Shown: piece after piece, positions 16,821 to 40,619 of the stretch
Position numbering within the stretch: the first letter of the stretch is position 1
How the letters are laid out: the number at the start of each line of letters is the position of its first letter
Origin: the human T2T-CHM13v2.0 reference genome, Homo sapiens
DNA length: 64,000 nt
Reading direction: 5' to 3' (one strand)
Assembly (NCBI RefSeq): GCF_009914755.1
Contig: NC_060948.1
Made by a program: the position numbers and the translations under genes
The notes under the pieces: generated by a model
Seen by the model: the letters and a program-made list of their open reading frames with translations, nothing else
Databases searched by the model: none
Told to the model about the DNA's origin: nothing

Positions 16821-17184
16821 TGGAATAAAGATTATTTACACGTGTAAACATTCAGAATTTTTATGTAATCTTTACTAATTAGATAAGTGAACTTACTTGG
16901 GTTCCACCACACAGTAGCAGAAAAGTAGCAGAAAAGGCTCGCTTAATTGGCTAGCCCATGGACTTGGGTCCCATTCAGATTTCCAGGTGGGAGTGGGTGT
17001 GTGGTGCCCGCCAGGTCTAGGGTGGGTGGAATAACACAGGACTGCTTTGAAAGGTCTTCAGAGAACCTATTGTTAGTTCATTCATACTTCCCAGCTCATA
17101 ATGATAAATTAATTTGCTTCAATGAGGCTGAAACGACGATATCCATGTTATCTGACGGGGTCACCATATTGAAAGTCATGCACG

Positions 17185-17880
<696 letters not shown>

Positions 17881-18097
17881 GTCATACATGGTACTTAGAT
17901 GGAGCTGGAGTAAGGTCACGTAACAGAACCACCTCGTTGTGACCCTTTGCAGTTCAAGTTGGTGAAAGAGCCGGCTCTGGGACTCAAAGAGGTGGCTGGG
18001 AGACAGGGAGTGAGGGATTAGGTGAGCTGATGTCTGGTCATACCCAAGGACTAGGAGGAAGACAGCGGAACGGTGGCAGCTCTCGTCTCCAATATAA

Positions 18098-18404
<307 letters not shown>

Positions 18405-19321
18405 TCCAATATAATTTTCTTACACTTGACCTTTGCCATGGCCTCCATGGATAGAATCCAGGCTGCAACCTGGCCAGGAGGCTCTAAATGCATTCCCAAA
18501 GCCAGGGAAGTCAGAGAAACTCAAGGCAGCACGGGCCATCTTGGCCACGTCGTCCGTTGGAGAAGGTTTTGGGCTGTAACATGTTGGAATAAATTTTAGA
18601 AAGTGCCTTCAAGAATGTTGCTGAGCTGTGTTGAACGCTGATGGAAAGTTATGCATTGTCACGTATGGGGTTCTCCAAAAGTGACAGCTCTCCGAGGAGT
18701 TGGCTTCTGTGTCCTCCAATTTAATTTTAAATTGCCCTCAGGGAGGTGCTGGGAACCTCTTTCCCTGGAGGCTGTGAGCGATGGGAGAGAAGCCATCTGT
18801 CTGCCTCGCTTGGGTGCTAGTAACACAATGCAGCTCATCTTCCAGCTTCCAAAGCAGGATGATATACGCGTCATTCCTCACGATGTACACACCGAAGGCA
18901 AGAAAAAGAAATCCACCAAAAGACCCACTTTTACATCTTCTTATGCTTTCAAACTCAGGCATGAAGTGTCTTCACATACAGAATGGTTGTGATTCTTTTT
19001 TAATTACAACCATTTCTGTGAGAGCCTGCACAGCACAGATAAAGCCACCAGAGAGAAACATTCATGAAAATGAAACGTCGTGTTTGGAAATAATAATGGA
19101 AGAAATCAGTATGTACGTTGCCGGCTCAGGGGAGATTTACCTTGTTAATTCGACATGAAGGCCGTGAGGCAGAAATGCATTCTTAATTTAACTGTACTGT
19201 GTTTACAGATTTATGAAGATTATAGTAGTAAATGCAAATAGGCATTGGCATGAATATGGAAAGGAGGATGTAAAATGTGATTAAAAATTACAAATGGAGA
19301 AGAAAAGGAAACAATAATCAT

Positions 19322-19411
19322 GAAGGAAGGAAAGAAAGAAAGAAAAAAGAAAGAAGGAAGGAAGGAAAAGGAAGGAAGGAAGGGAAGGGAAGGAAGGGAA
19401 AGGAAAGGAAG

Positions 19412-19469
<58 letters not shown>

Positions 19470-19735
19470 GGAAGGAAGGAAGGGAAGGGAAAGGAAAGGA
19501 AAGGAAGGGAAGAAAGAAAGAAAGAGAAAGAGAGAAAGAAAGAAAAAGAAAGAAAAGAAGGAAGGAAAGAAAGAAAGAAAAGAAGGAAGGAAAGAAAGAG
19601 AGAAAGAGAGATGGACGGAAGGGAAGGAAAGGGAAGGGAAGGAAAGGGAGAGAGAGAGAAAAAAAAAGAAAGAAAGGAAGGAAGGAAGGGGAAAGGAAAG
19701 GAAAAGAGAAAAAGAAAAGAAAGAAATAGGAGAAA
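19322..19735. repeat. Polypurine (GAAA/GGAA)n low-complexity tract
   Basis: Almost pure A/G on the + strand. Confidence 0.97.
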
Positions 19736-20291
19736 TACAAGGATATAGGATTGGGAAGATCCAACATAGGAGAGAGGCAGACGAAATTCCAAAGATCATC
19801 ATAAAAAACATCTCAGGAAAAGAGATCTGAACAGCAATCCATTCACAATGCAGTAGGAGAGTACAAGACATTAATCAATCCATGAAACTGATTGATTTTC
19901 AGAAACTCTACAAACAGGCACTATTTCTTCTGCGAATCCACTGCCAGGTTGATTAATCCGCTGGTTTCTCACTCTCCCTTCATGTTGGTAACACCCAAAT
20001 CCACGATACCTCCCAATTGAGGAAGCATGGATTGCATCAGCCTGGTTTTTAGCAGAAAATGGCTAGCTTGCTCATTTAGGATTTTTAAAAGCCTGCACAG
20101 ATAAACGGAAAGGGTTAAGAAAATTCCCAGTGGCTGCGGATCCTCCCAGAGCTTACTAACATAGCAGAGAAGTTTCATCACCCCTGAGCTTCCAGGTCAA
20201 AAGACAATGAGGTCAAGATACTGTTAAGGCTCATTCAACAGCAAGGGTCTCTGCAGCAGACAGGCTGCCCAACAAAAGACGTAGTTGATGA

Positions 20292-20730
<439 letters not shown>

Positions 20731-21037
20731 TAGAAAAGCTCCAGAAACCTTGGGTGATGAAATCCAAAGTCATCAGCCTCTTGGAGATGTAAATTTGATC
20801 AAACGGAGGGAAATGTAGTGTGTCTGGTATACGTATCAAGTGCTGAGGGTCGGTCATCTGAAGTCCGCTCTTACCAGGCTAAAAGTTAGGTGTGGGAGAG
20901 TCTATTAGTTCTTCACAATTCTTCTTCCTCTCTAACTGGTCTCTGGCTCATGCCCCACGGGAGAAGCACGCCTCCTGCCCCCACTAACTTTGGACTGCCA
21001 TCTGATTTGTTTTTGCTTATAGAATGTTGGTCAGTGC

Positions 21038-21573
21038 TGTTGCGGTAAACTGAGGAACGGAGAGACCAATACGGAGTACAGGAGGATTTGTTTATTTTTA
21101 GGTACACACTGGCTCAGCAGAATCGCGTTTAAAAAGCTCAGCATTGAACAAAGACGGAGCGGGGGTTTCATAAGCGGCCTTATAACATAACTCGTGACCT
21201 TGCATAGCTGGTGGCCTTGTAGCTGCATTGAAAGAAAAACAAGAACTGGCTAAATACAGACATTTGTAAAACATAGTCATGCTTAAGAAGCCTGGGAAAA
21301 GAGTAACAGTAAAATAATCTGTCTTTCTCTTTTTTCCTTCAACCTTGCTCTGGAAGGCGGGTGGGGTGTCTGGAGCCCATTCCTTTGGCCTTGGCTACTG
21401 TGACAGTGTTACTTTATAACTATCCTTGAAGTGAGCTGGTAGGCAGAGGAAAACTTGTTCTTTTCTCTCTTTTTTTTTTTTTAACCCTTGCCTTGCCACA
21501 TTCTGGGCCTTAGCTTTGACTTTTCTTGGAGTGAATAAATGCAGGACTTATTATTTTTTAAATTTCTGCCTCA
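21038..21573 (-). mobile_element. ERV1-class solo LTR (family not assigned); same family as 51617-52514
   Basis: Minus strand TGAGGCAGAAATTTAAA...AATAAA...CAGTTTACCGCAACA (TG...CA); flanks GTGC/GTGG fit a 4 bp TSD with one mismatch. Confidence 0.85.
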
Positions 21574-21600
21574 GTGGAGGCACAACAGGGGTTGACACAG

Positions 21601-22020
21601 TGTGTTATGTCCGTTCTCATGCTACTAATAAAGACATATCTGAGACTGCGTAATTTATTAAAAAAAAAAAAAAAAGAGGTTTAATGGACTCACAGTTCCA
21701 CGTGGCTGGGGAGACCTTACAATCATGGCTGAAGGTGAAGGAGGAGCAGAGGCATGTCTTACATGGTGGCAAGCAAGAAAGCTTACGCAGGGGAACTCTC
21801 CATGATGTCTCCCAATTAAGGAGACATTGATTGCTTCAGTCTGGTTTTTGGCAGAAGACCACCAGATCTCATGAAACTTATTCACTATCACGAGAACAGC
21901 ATGGGGAAAACCAGCCTGCGTGATTCAATTACCTCCCACCAGGTTCCTTCCATGGCATGTGGGCATTATGGGAGCTACAGTTCAAGATGAGATTTGGGTG
22001 GGGACACAGCCAAACCCTGT
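21601..22020 (-). mobile_element. THE1 MaLR LTR
   Basis: GTCCGTTCTCATGCTACTAATAAAGACAT...GAGATTTGGGTGGGGACACAGCCAAACC. Confidence 0.9.
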
Positions 22021-22760
22021 CACATGGTTGGACCTTTCCTCTGCACGTCTGTATTCCAACATTAGAAAAATGTGCCCAGGATAACCACTGGTTCCTCCCA
22101 TGGCATGTGGGCATTATGGGAGCTACAGTTCAAGATGAGATTTGGGTGGGGACACAGCCAAACCCTATCACATGGTTGGACTTTTCCTCTGCACGTCTGT
22201 ATTTGAACATTAGAGAAATGTGCCCAGGATAACCACTGGTTCCACCCATGGCATGTGGGCATTATGGGAGCTACAGTTCAAGATGAGATTTGGGTGGGGA
22301 CACAGCCAAACCCTGTCACATGGTTGGACCTTTCCTCTGCACGTCTGTATTCCAACATTAGAAAAATGTGCCCAGGATAACCACTGGTTCCTCCCATGGC
22401 ATGTGGGCATTATGGGAGCTACAGTTCAAGATGAGATTTGGGTGGGGACACAGCCAAACCCTATCACATGGTTGGACCTTTCCTCTGCACGTCTGTATTT
22501 GAACATTAGAGAAATGTGCCCAGGATAATCACTGGTTCCACCCATGGCATGTGGGCATTATGGGAGCTACAGTTCAAGATGAGATTTGGGTGGGAACACA
22601 GCCAAACCCTATCACATGGTTGGACCTTTCCTCTGCGCGTCTGTATTCCAACATTAGAAAAATGTGCCCAGGATAATCACTGGTTCCTCCCATGGCATGT
22701 GGGCATTATGGGAGCTACAGTTCAAGATGAGATTTGGGTGGGGACACAGCCAAACCCTAT
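21936..22760. repeat. 148 bp tandem repeat (~5.5 copies) spanning the THE1 terminus and its flank; A-B-A-B-A variant order
   Basis: GGGAGCTACAGTTCAAGATGAG recurs every 148 bp. Confidence 0.95.
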
Positions 22761-22789
22761 GGTCCCAAAATGATGACAGTATGTGGCAT

Positions 22790-22964
22790 AGACATGAATC
22801 CAACCTTCAGCTTAGCCTGGGGTAACCCAGCCTATATCTGCACCAACCTAGCTGACTGGTAGACTCACATATTTAAAAAAGAAATAAATACTTATTATGG
22901 TAGAGAATTGAGATTTAGGACTATTTGTTATCCAGCATAACTTCAGGTGTAGCTGACTGATACA
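22790..22964 (+). mobile_element. Old MLT1 LTR 3' end
   Basis: AAATAAATACTTATT...ATTTGTTAT...GCTGACTGATACA. Confidence 0.6.
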
Positions 22965-24164
22965 GAAAGCAGGCATCTTCTAGGGTGGGAAAAGGCTCTT
23001 AGCACAAAACTTCTCTAAGAAAAGATTTCACAACCAATTGTTTGCATGTTTTCATAGTTTTTAAATGTGGAGCAAAGGTAAAGAGTTAGGGAATGGTTTC
23101 ATATTTTTTTCTTCTTGTTTGTAAATGTATGTATGATGATGTGTATCTCACCTTGAAATTTCAAACATGTTTTATCTTGGTGTCTATTGGAGACTGCATT
23201 TTAACATTCTCTTTCAAAAGGTATTTGTATGGGGGAGAAATGGGTGTGTGTATATGTGCAAGATATTTGAAGACCCCAAATCATCCCTTACCCCTCCTCT
23301 CTTCAGAGGTAATTACTACCCTGAAGGGGAAATGTATTCTTCACATTCATCCTTGGGTTTTTTTTTAATCTTTATGTTTGTACTTATCTGTAACACTATA
23401 ATCTAAAATATATTTCACAAGGAATATACAGAGATGGCAAATTTTTCTTTTATATATTGACTTGATGTCACAGGTAATAATTCAAAATCCTTTTGCCTCT
23501 CTTGAAACTGTCGCTGTGATTTCAACTTTCCAAGTGCCTCTTTGATAAATTGTGTTTTTATCTGCTGGAAGAAAAAATAGACTAAATTTACCATAACATC
23601 CATTTTCATGTGGCAAATTTGAGGTATTTATTTCTCCTTAACTGATGACAATTTTCTGACTCCAGATGAAGTTCTTTCCCCAAACGATGTTTTCGTGTTT
23701 TTTTTTCCCTACAAAAGCCAAATTTCCACTAATTTAAAACCAAACAAGTGTCTTGATTTAGATGCTGACATAATCAAAGCTATGCACACAGCTCTCTGTT
23801 TTCCACTTTCTGGATATTTGGATGAAGAAATGAAATGTGTCAGAAATAAATCCTTTGGGGTAAATTTGTAATTAAGCTCTGAAGAAATGCTTTTGTACAT
23901 CAGATTTAAATCTCCACGCCTCTAAAAAATCCAATTCGATGCACATTTGGAAACATTCGTCTTGTAAATGCAGAGGTCTCTGTTTCTGAGATCCGTCTAC
24001 AAGAGCGCAGAAACTTAACAGCTGTAGCAATATTGCTGCCAAGCAGGTGGGGGCAATAAAGATAACAAAGCTAGTGGGGTCTCTGTAGGATGGACATTGC
24101 CTGTGAAATGCATCCTCCTCTTCTGAACAGATCTCTGATTTGTTCATCTTTTCTCTGTCTCTCC

Positions 24165-24501
<337 letters not shown>

Positions 24502-24801
24502 TGAGTCTGTGCCGCAAGGAGGCTGCTTCTACCTGCCCTCCAGGGCTGATCCTTCAGCAATGATTGATTTAGAAAAGCACATGCAACTGAACCCTGTCCA
24601 ATAATATGGGAGAGACCTTCTCCTGTGGGTACAGCTTTGGGGGAAAGTTTTCTCCTTCCTAAGAAGACTAAAAGATGGATTCTGTTTTTTCTCTCCACGT
24701 CGTGGCATGTGGATAAGTTGACTGTGAGATTCTGGCTTACCCAATCTGATTTCCTAACACAGGGATTCCTGGAGACGATCAACTTTGGACATTCTCTGGT
24801 T

Positions 24802-26050
<1,249 letters not shown>

Positions 26051-26199
26051 TGAGAAAGCAATGAGATTTGCAGAGGTAGAGCCAGCTGGGCAGAGATACT
26101 TGTGTGAGAGTCATTGGTGGATCGTGCTGTGAGTGAAGACAAAATTGCGTCCAGCAGCACACGGCAAGGAAGGTCTAGGACTCACCTTAAGGAAATTAA

Positions 26200-27552
<1,353 letters not shown>

Positions 27553-27624
27553 TTTGGAGAAGATACAAAATGCAAAGGCCTGGGAACTGTGTTTGAGATG
27601 GAAAGTCAAAACTTGGAAAATGAT

Positions 27625-27910
27625 TATACTGGGTTGAGCAAGGTCCTCCTATGAAATCCACATTCACGCAGAATCTTGAATGTAGAGCTTATCAAAAAGT
27701 AGGGTCATTGCAAAGGTACTTGGTTAAGAGGAGGTCATGCTGGATTCAGGAGGGCCCTAATGCAAGGGCTGGTGCCTTATAAGAGGGGGAAAAGTTGGAT
27801 ACAAAGAGGAGAAGGCCACTTGCAGAGGGAGGCAGAGACTGGAGTGATGTAACCGCAGACTAACTCAGGGATACTTGGAGCCCCCAGGAGCTGGGAGAGG
27901 CAGGAAGGAT
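27625..27910 (+). mobile_element. MLT1C-like LTR fragment
   Basis: AGGGTCATTGCA...GAGGTCATGCTGGATT...GGAGCTGGGAGAGGCAGGAAGGAT. Confidence 0.7.
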
Positions 27911-28010
27911 TTAGTTTAGCTTGATTTAGTTATTCCACAATGTGTATTTGTATCAAAACATCATGTTGCATGCCATAAATAGATGCAATTCTTATTTGTA
28001 TTATTAACAC
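27911..28010 (+). mobile_element. L1M 3' end fragment
   Basis: TTAGCTTGATTTAG...TTCCACAATGTG...ATCAAAACATCATGTTG. Confidence 0.65.
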
Positions 28011-28042
28011 AAAGTGCATTATTTTAAAATTTTAAGAGATTA

Positions 28043-30040
<1,998 letters not shown>

Positions 30041-30536
30041 ATTCACACATTTTCTTGGGGCCATATTATTAAACATTCTTGAAGCGACTGGTTCTAGGCT
30101 GTTTTGTTCTGTGCTGACAATTGCAATCGCTAGAATGTGAAGACGCACCGGGAGAGCCCTTTCCAAACCCTTTGGAGCAAATGAGGAAGAGAAAGGAAGG
30201 GAGATGCAGAGAAATTAGCCAGGGGGTAATGGCCTGCCCAGGCTACATGGGAGCATGTGGTTTAGAGAGGCAGCTATTATACAAGGAGCTGAACCCCAGA
30301 ATTAGACAGACTGTACCCCAGTTCTGGTTGGAAGATGGCACAGAGCGGGGAGGGGGATTAGACGTGGTGTCACGGCGAAGGTCATCTTCCTGAACCGCTC
30401 CAAGAGACAGGCCCCCCAACGCCTGCTCCATGACCAGGCAGTGGGTTTTGGAAGTGGGGGAGAAGAGCTGTGATACTTAATTCATGGGGTTGTCCCCATC
30501 TCCTCCTTCCTACACGGCCTAGAGAACTGTCACTGA

Positions 30537-30931
<395 letters not shown>

Positions 30932-31034
30932 AGATATTTATATTTCAACGTTCTGTCTCACAAACATCAGAGCAGCAGGGACCACCACATAAATAGCTTT
31001 GATATGGAGTGTACACACTCAGCCTAAGAAATAA

Positions 31035-31687
<653 letters not shown>

Positions 31688-31769
31688 AAAATCAGATTCT
31701 TGGTTGAAGATGGAGGTGAATGCAAGCTAGTATTGTTTGCCCAAAGATGTGGTTCTCCACCTTCGTCAA

Positions 31770-32860
31770 TTTTTTATTATTATTATACTTTAAGTTCTAG
31801 GGTACATGTGCACAACGTGCAGGTTTGTTACATAGGTATACATGTGCCATGTTGGTGTGCTGCACCCATTAACTCGTCGTTTACATTAGGTATATCTCCT
31901 AATGCTCTCCCTCCCTAGCCCCTCACCCCACCACAGGCCCCGGTGTGTGATGTTCCCCACCCTGTGTCCAAGTGTTCTCATTGTTCAATTCCCACCTATG
32001 AGTGAGAACATGTGGTGTTTGGTTTTCTGTCCTTGCGATAGTTTGCTGAGAATGATGGTTTCCAGCTTCATCCATGTCCCTGCAAAGACATGAACTCAAC
32101 CTTTTTTATGGCTGCATAGTATTCCATGGTGTCTATGTGCCACATTGTCTTAATCCAGTCTATCATTGATGGACATTTGGGTTGGTTCCAAGTCTTTGCT
32201 ATTGTGGACAGTGCCGCCATAAACTTACGTGTGCATGTGTCTTTATAGCAGCATGAGTTATAGTCCTTTGGGTACATACCCAGTAATGGGATGGCTGGGT
32301 CAAATGGTATTTCTAGTTCTAGATCCCTGAGGAATCGCCACACTGTCTTCCACAATGGTTGAACTAGTTTACAGTCCCACCAACAGTGTAAAAGCGTTCC
32401 TATTTCTCCACATCCTCTCCAGGACCTGTTGTTTCCTGACTTTTTAATGATTGCCATTCTAACTGGTGTGAGACGGTATCTCATTGTGGTTTTGATTTGA
32501 ATTTCTCTGATGGCCAGTGATGATGAGCATTTTTTCATGTATCTGTTGGCTGCATAAATGTCTTCTTTTGTGAAGTGTCTGTTCTGATCCTTTGCCCACT
32601 TTTTGATGGCGTTGTTTGTTTTTTCTTGTAAATTTGTTAATGTTCTTTGTAGATTCTGGATATTAGCCCTTTGTCAGATGGGTAGATTGCAAAAATTTTA
32701 TAATCCTTTGGGTATATAACCAGTCATGGGATGGCTGGTTCAAATGGTATTTCTAGTTCTAGATCCCTGAGGAATTGCCACACTGTCTTCCACAATAGTT
32801 GAACTAGTTTACACTCCCACCAACAGTGTAAAAGCGTTCCTATTTCTCCACATCTTCTCC
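31770..32860 (-). mobile_element. 5'-truncated L1PA (ORF2 C-terminus + 3' UTR) with an extra internal segment at its 5' junction
   Basis: ORF 32068..32538 reads as L1 ORF2p C-terminus ([12 protein letters not shown]...[14 protein letters not shown]); TSD CCTT(C/T)GTCAATT at ~31760 and ~32863. Confidence 0.95.
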
Positions 32861-33323
32861 CGCCTTTGTCAATTCTAAGCAGCCAGCAGCCCTGTTACAG
32901 CTCCCATCAATCACACTCTGTTCTGTGGCTTTTGTGCAAGCCAGAAGCATATCCTTAGAGTCTTATAAATACAGAAAAATAACTGGGTTTATGTTTTTCT
33001 TTAAGGAGTGCTTGATGATTGTAGAAATAGTGGACTCAAGTACATTCATATCAATAACAGTCCAGGAAATGTTGGCAAAAAAAAAATCCATTGATCTTTA
33101 ATTTGCTGTTTGAATCATTATACCTTCTTCTGTGTGTTTTTTGGATTTTCTGAGAAGAGGAAATCCAGTAGGTAGAGTGCAATACAATACATTGATCCAA
33201 AAATCTACTGCCATAGCAAATCCCATCTATCCATAATGTGTTCACTGTCTGCATTTTTCTCAAGTTTTTTCTTTTCATGACAACTTGATTAATACAAAGC
33301 AGACTCTGTAGATGACCTAGATT

Positions 33324-35630
<2,307 letters not shown>

Positions 35631-35764
35631 AATTCTGTCAGAAGAGCAAGAAACAGGTTACACAACTAACCACCATCTCGGATTCCTTGATAGGATTCAA
35701 CAGCTGTCTCCCACCATGGGCAGGATGGCCAGCATGGCGGCTCTCAAACCTTCCTTGTGCTTGT

Positions 35765-35872
35765 GAAACTGGAATTCTGACTCAGTGGATCTAGGGAAGC
35801 CTGAGATGCTGAATGTCTAGTAAGGTACCCAGTGATGCGAATACCACTGGTCCATAGACCACACTTTGAGTA
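35765..35872. mobile_element. MER5A-like hAT MITE fragment
   Basis: ATTCTGACTCAGTGGATCTAGGG...GGTCCATAGACCACACTTTGAGTAG. Confidence 0.7.
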
Positions 35873-36143
35873 GGGAGCGTATGGGGGAACTGAGGGTTGC
35901 TATGGGGTGGCCAGAGGTATGGAGAGCTAGCTCAGCTGGAGGAACTGTGACAGAGGCTTCAGAGAGCCAGGGGAACATCAGTGTGTCTCAGGATGGCGCT
36001 GGGAGCTTTGTCTATCTACCGGGCTTCATCACTCCAAACCTGCAGCTATAGACCTAGAGGCCTCTACCTGGGGCCCAAATGATTGGTCCAAGCTGGTAGG
36101 TGATCTCTGTGGGAAAGGAGAAAGAACCATATTATTGTCTGAG

Positions 36144-36463
<320 letters not shown>

Positions 36464-36811
36464 TCAGAAGCTGTCCAAAGCAGAGATGAGCAAATGGCAG
36501 TGAGAAACATGGTTAGGTCAAAAGGAGGCAGGAAAAAAAAATTAGATGCTTGAGAAAGAGTACCTGCCCATGATAGTCTCATGGGTGGCCTGGTCCATGC
36601 TCCCTGTGGCCTCGGCCATTTTGGTTGGCCCGGGACTTGGTGAGTCAGGAGACTCAGCAGGAGGAAAAAATGCAAGGTCAGTGGAATGTTCCCGGATTCG
36701 ACCAGAAGGCTGTAAAGTGACATGGTGGAGGGATTCCTCAAGCCAAGCTCAAGCCAAGAGGTGGAATGGAGCTTGGACGGATGGTTGACTATCCGCCAGT
36801 CCTTCACAGCC

Positions 36812-37709
36812 TGAGAAGCAATAAATAAATAAATAAATAAATTTTATAAATAAAATAAAATAAAACAATTTTTTAAAAAAAGGCAGCCTTTTCAATTTTA
36901 GGGGAGCTGGAACGAGAACCGCTTCTCAGATGCCAGGGAAATTCACCAGGCCACCCCATGAGACCTTTCAGAGCTTCCTAAGTGGCAAAGCAGGAGCCTC
37001 ACCCTCTTAGACAAACACTGCCATTTGAAGTTTCCCTTGATTAAAAAATCGCCCAAATCCAGCCCCCAAACATCAGCCTAATGGCTAATGTCAGCATAAC
37101 CAGAAACATTCCATCCCTAAGATAAACCCACTTCCAAGCAGAAACATGCCAACCCTGAGATAGCCTCCCCTCTGACCAGAGACATTCCGGTCCCAAAATA
37201 AACTTTCCCCTCACGTACAAACATTCCGAACACGTGATAACCTCCCCCCTTCCTAAACCCTTAAATACCCTTGATCTATTAAGAAAGAACGCTCCTGACC
37301 GAAATCAGCCAGAAGCCCGTCTCATATTTATCCTCCAAAATAAACCTGTCTTTGACTGTTGAGTTGCTTTCCGTGTTTCTTTTCTCTTTCTTTAAACTCT
37401 TTTTTTGTTGTTGTTGTTGAGACAGAGTCTCACTCAGTGGCCAGGCTGGAGTGCAATGGTGCGATCTCGGCTCACCACAAGCTCCGCCTGCTGGGTTCAC
37501 GCCATTCTCTTGCCTCAGCCTCTTAGTAGCTGGGACTACAGGCGCCCGCCACCACACCCGGCTTTTTTGTATTTTTAGTAGAGACACGGTTTCACCGTGT
37601 TAGCCAGGATGGTCTCGATCTCCTGATCTCATGATCCACCCGCCTCGGCCTCCCAAAGTGCTGGATGACAGGTGTGAGTCACCGTGCCTGGCCCTCTTTA
37701 ACTCTTACA
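36812..37709 (+). mobile_element. ERV1-class LTR (family not assigned) with an antisense AluY-like insert (37400-37693)
   Basis: Internal CAGAAACATTCC repeats, TATA-like CTTAAATA, AATAAACCTGTCTTTGACTG, terminal TTAACTCTTACA; Alu TSD CTTTAA(A)CTCTT. Confidence 0.7.
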
Positions 37710-38118
37710 CCGAGGATGTTCTGTCATTATCACACTACATACAAGCCACGCTCTTAAAGTCCCTGGAAGTAGAATTGAAACGCGGCAAAGATTGTTTTGA
37801 AGTTCATGGAGACTATTAAGATGAGGCACTGTGCTGAAACGTAGTGGAATCTGAACTGGAATTAGAACTAGAATAGATAAGTTGCCCTAAAGTCCTCGAT
37901 GTAATCCATTGTCCAGTCGTTGAAGCCAGTCAGTCACTCCATCACATCCCTATAGCTCTGGATTCCTTTCAGCCTGACAGAGAGTTGATCTGTTGTTTGG
38001 AAGTATCAACCAACACAGGTTGGTGCTTCATCACGGAGGTCAACGTGAGTGTTGTCTGGATGGTGGGATTTTCCAATGAGTCTTGAAAGGTGAACACTCC
38101 TTAAAAACGTCTTAGGGA

Positions 38119-38441
38119 GGCCAGGCGCAGTGGTTCACGCCTGTTATCCCAGCACTTTAGGAGGCTGAGGTGGGCGGATTACCTGAGGTTGGGAGTTCAA
38201 GACCAGCCTGGCCAACATGGTGAAACCCCGTCTCTACTAAAAATACAAAAATTAGCCAGGTGTGGTGACACACGCCTATAATCCCAGCTACTCAAGAGGC
38301 TGAGGCAGGAGAATTGCTTGAACCTGGGAGGCAGACACTGCAGTGAGCCAAGTTGCACTACTGTACTTCCAGCCTGGGTGACAGAGCAAGACTCTGAGAG
38401 AGAGTGAGAGAGAGAAAGAAGGAAAGAAGGAAGGAAGGAAG

Positions 38442-38473
<32 letters not shown>

Positions 38474-38862
38474 AAGAAAGAGATAGAAAGAGAGAGAGAG
38501 AAAGGAAAGAAGGGAAACGAAGAAAGGAAGGAAGGAGGGAAGGGAAGGAAGGAAGGAAGGAAGGAAGGAGAGAAAAAAAGAAAGAAAAAAGAGAAAGAAA
38601 GAAAGAGAGAGAAAGAGAAAGAAAGAAAGAGAAAGAGAGAGAGAAAGAAAGAGAGAGAGAGAAAGGAAAGGGAAACGAAGGAAGGGAGGGAGGGAGGGAA
38701 GGGAAGGAAGGAATGAACGAAGGAAGGAGAGAAAAAAAGAAAAAGAAAGAAAGAAAGGAAGGAAGGAAGGAAGGAAGGAAGGAAGGAAGAAAGCAAGAAA
38801 GGAAGGGAGGAAGGGAAAGAAAAGGAAAGAAAGCAAAGAAAGCAAGAAAGAGAGAAAGAAAG
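38119..38862 (+). mobile_element. Alu whose tail is replaced by a ~460 bp polypurine expansion
   Basis: Alu 38119-38398, then (GA/GAAA/GGAA)n; flanking repeat GTCTTAGGG at 38109 and 38865. Confidence 0.92.
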
Positions 38863-39401
38863 AGGTCTTAGGGTACAAGTGCCCGGGTCATTTTTGGTTC
38901 ACTCAACTTCATTTTCAAGAATACCTGAGAATCCATCCGCTTGTCTGAACACATAACGATGTGACTGTGAAGATCAGCTGGAAAATGCAAGAGGAAAACC
39001 AGGAACTTCCCACTGGCAACAAGCTGAGTAATCAACTTGTCAGGCACAGTCCTTGCCCCAAGCAAATGCTTTGAAAATGATGAGTTTTGATCTTGTATTT
39101 GGTTGGGTCCTGTGCTTTCTGCTAGATACAGGAAGTTATGTGCTCCTTGTATTAACAGCAGACCAAGCCTCTTCCTATGTTATCATTGAAACTATTGATC
39201 AAGGACATGAATCTCTCTCTTTGATTATTAGCCCAGGAATGGAGTTAATTTATTTTATGAACATCACATAAAGTAACCAATGCTTTGGGCAGCTTCATTA
39301 GGACTTTTGAAAAGGCTTAGAAGGCAAATTGAATGATTCAAGAGGCAACATAAGAGAAAGGATAATGGTTTGATGATATCTACACCATAATATCTCACTG
39401 A

Positions 39402-39752
<351 letters not shown>

Positions 39753-39769
39753 GTAGATCAGTATTTTTA

Positions 39770-39958
39770 TGTGAAGAGGAGAAGAGACACACATACCCAT
39801 GCACTGAGGAAAGACAACTTGAAGATGGAGAAAAGACCACCTCCAAGTCAAGGAATGACTGGAGCTACCAGAAGCTAGCAGAGAAGCATGGTACCAGTTC
39901 TACTGCAGACTGCAGAAGAAACCAACCCCCCGCTAACACCTTGATTTTAAAACTTCTG
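39770..39958 (+). mobile_element. MLT1 LTR fragment
   Basis: CAAGGAATG...ACCAGAAGCTAG...AACACCTTGATTTT...CTTCTG. Confidence 0.7.
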
Positions 39959-39959
39959 A

Positions 39960-40446
<487 letters not shown>

Positions 40447-40619
40447 TTAAGTTACTCCAGTTCTAAGTACTTGAGAGCCGCTACTGTGTGTCAGCCTTTT
40501 CAGTTTGCTGTAACAAAATATCACATTGCTTATAAACAACAGCCATTTATTGCTCATAGTTCTGCAGGCTGAATATCCAAGATCAAGGCTTGGCAGCTTC
40601 AGAGCCTGGGGAGAACCCA

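Noticed and set aside
19220-19871. K/E/R-rich and F/L/S-rich ORFs (also 38197-38878, 47492-48118, 58418-59174)
   Set aside because: Translations of polypurine/polypyrimidine tracts that lack stop codons by composition.
32068-32538. 156 aa ORF with recognisable protein motifs
   Set aside because: C-terminal fragment of L1 ORF2p in a 5'-truncated copy, not a host gene.
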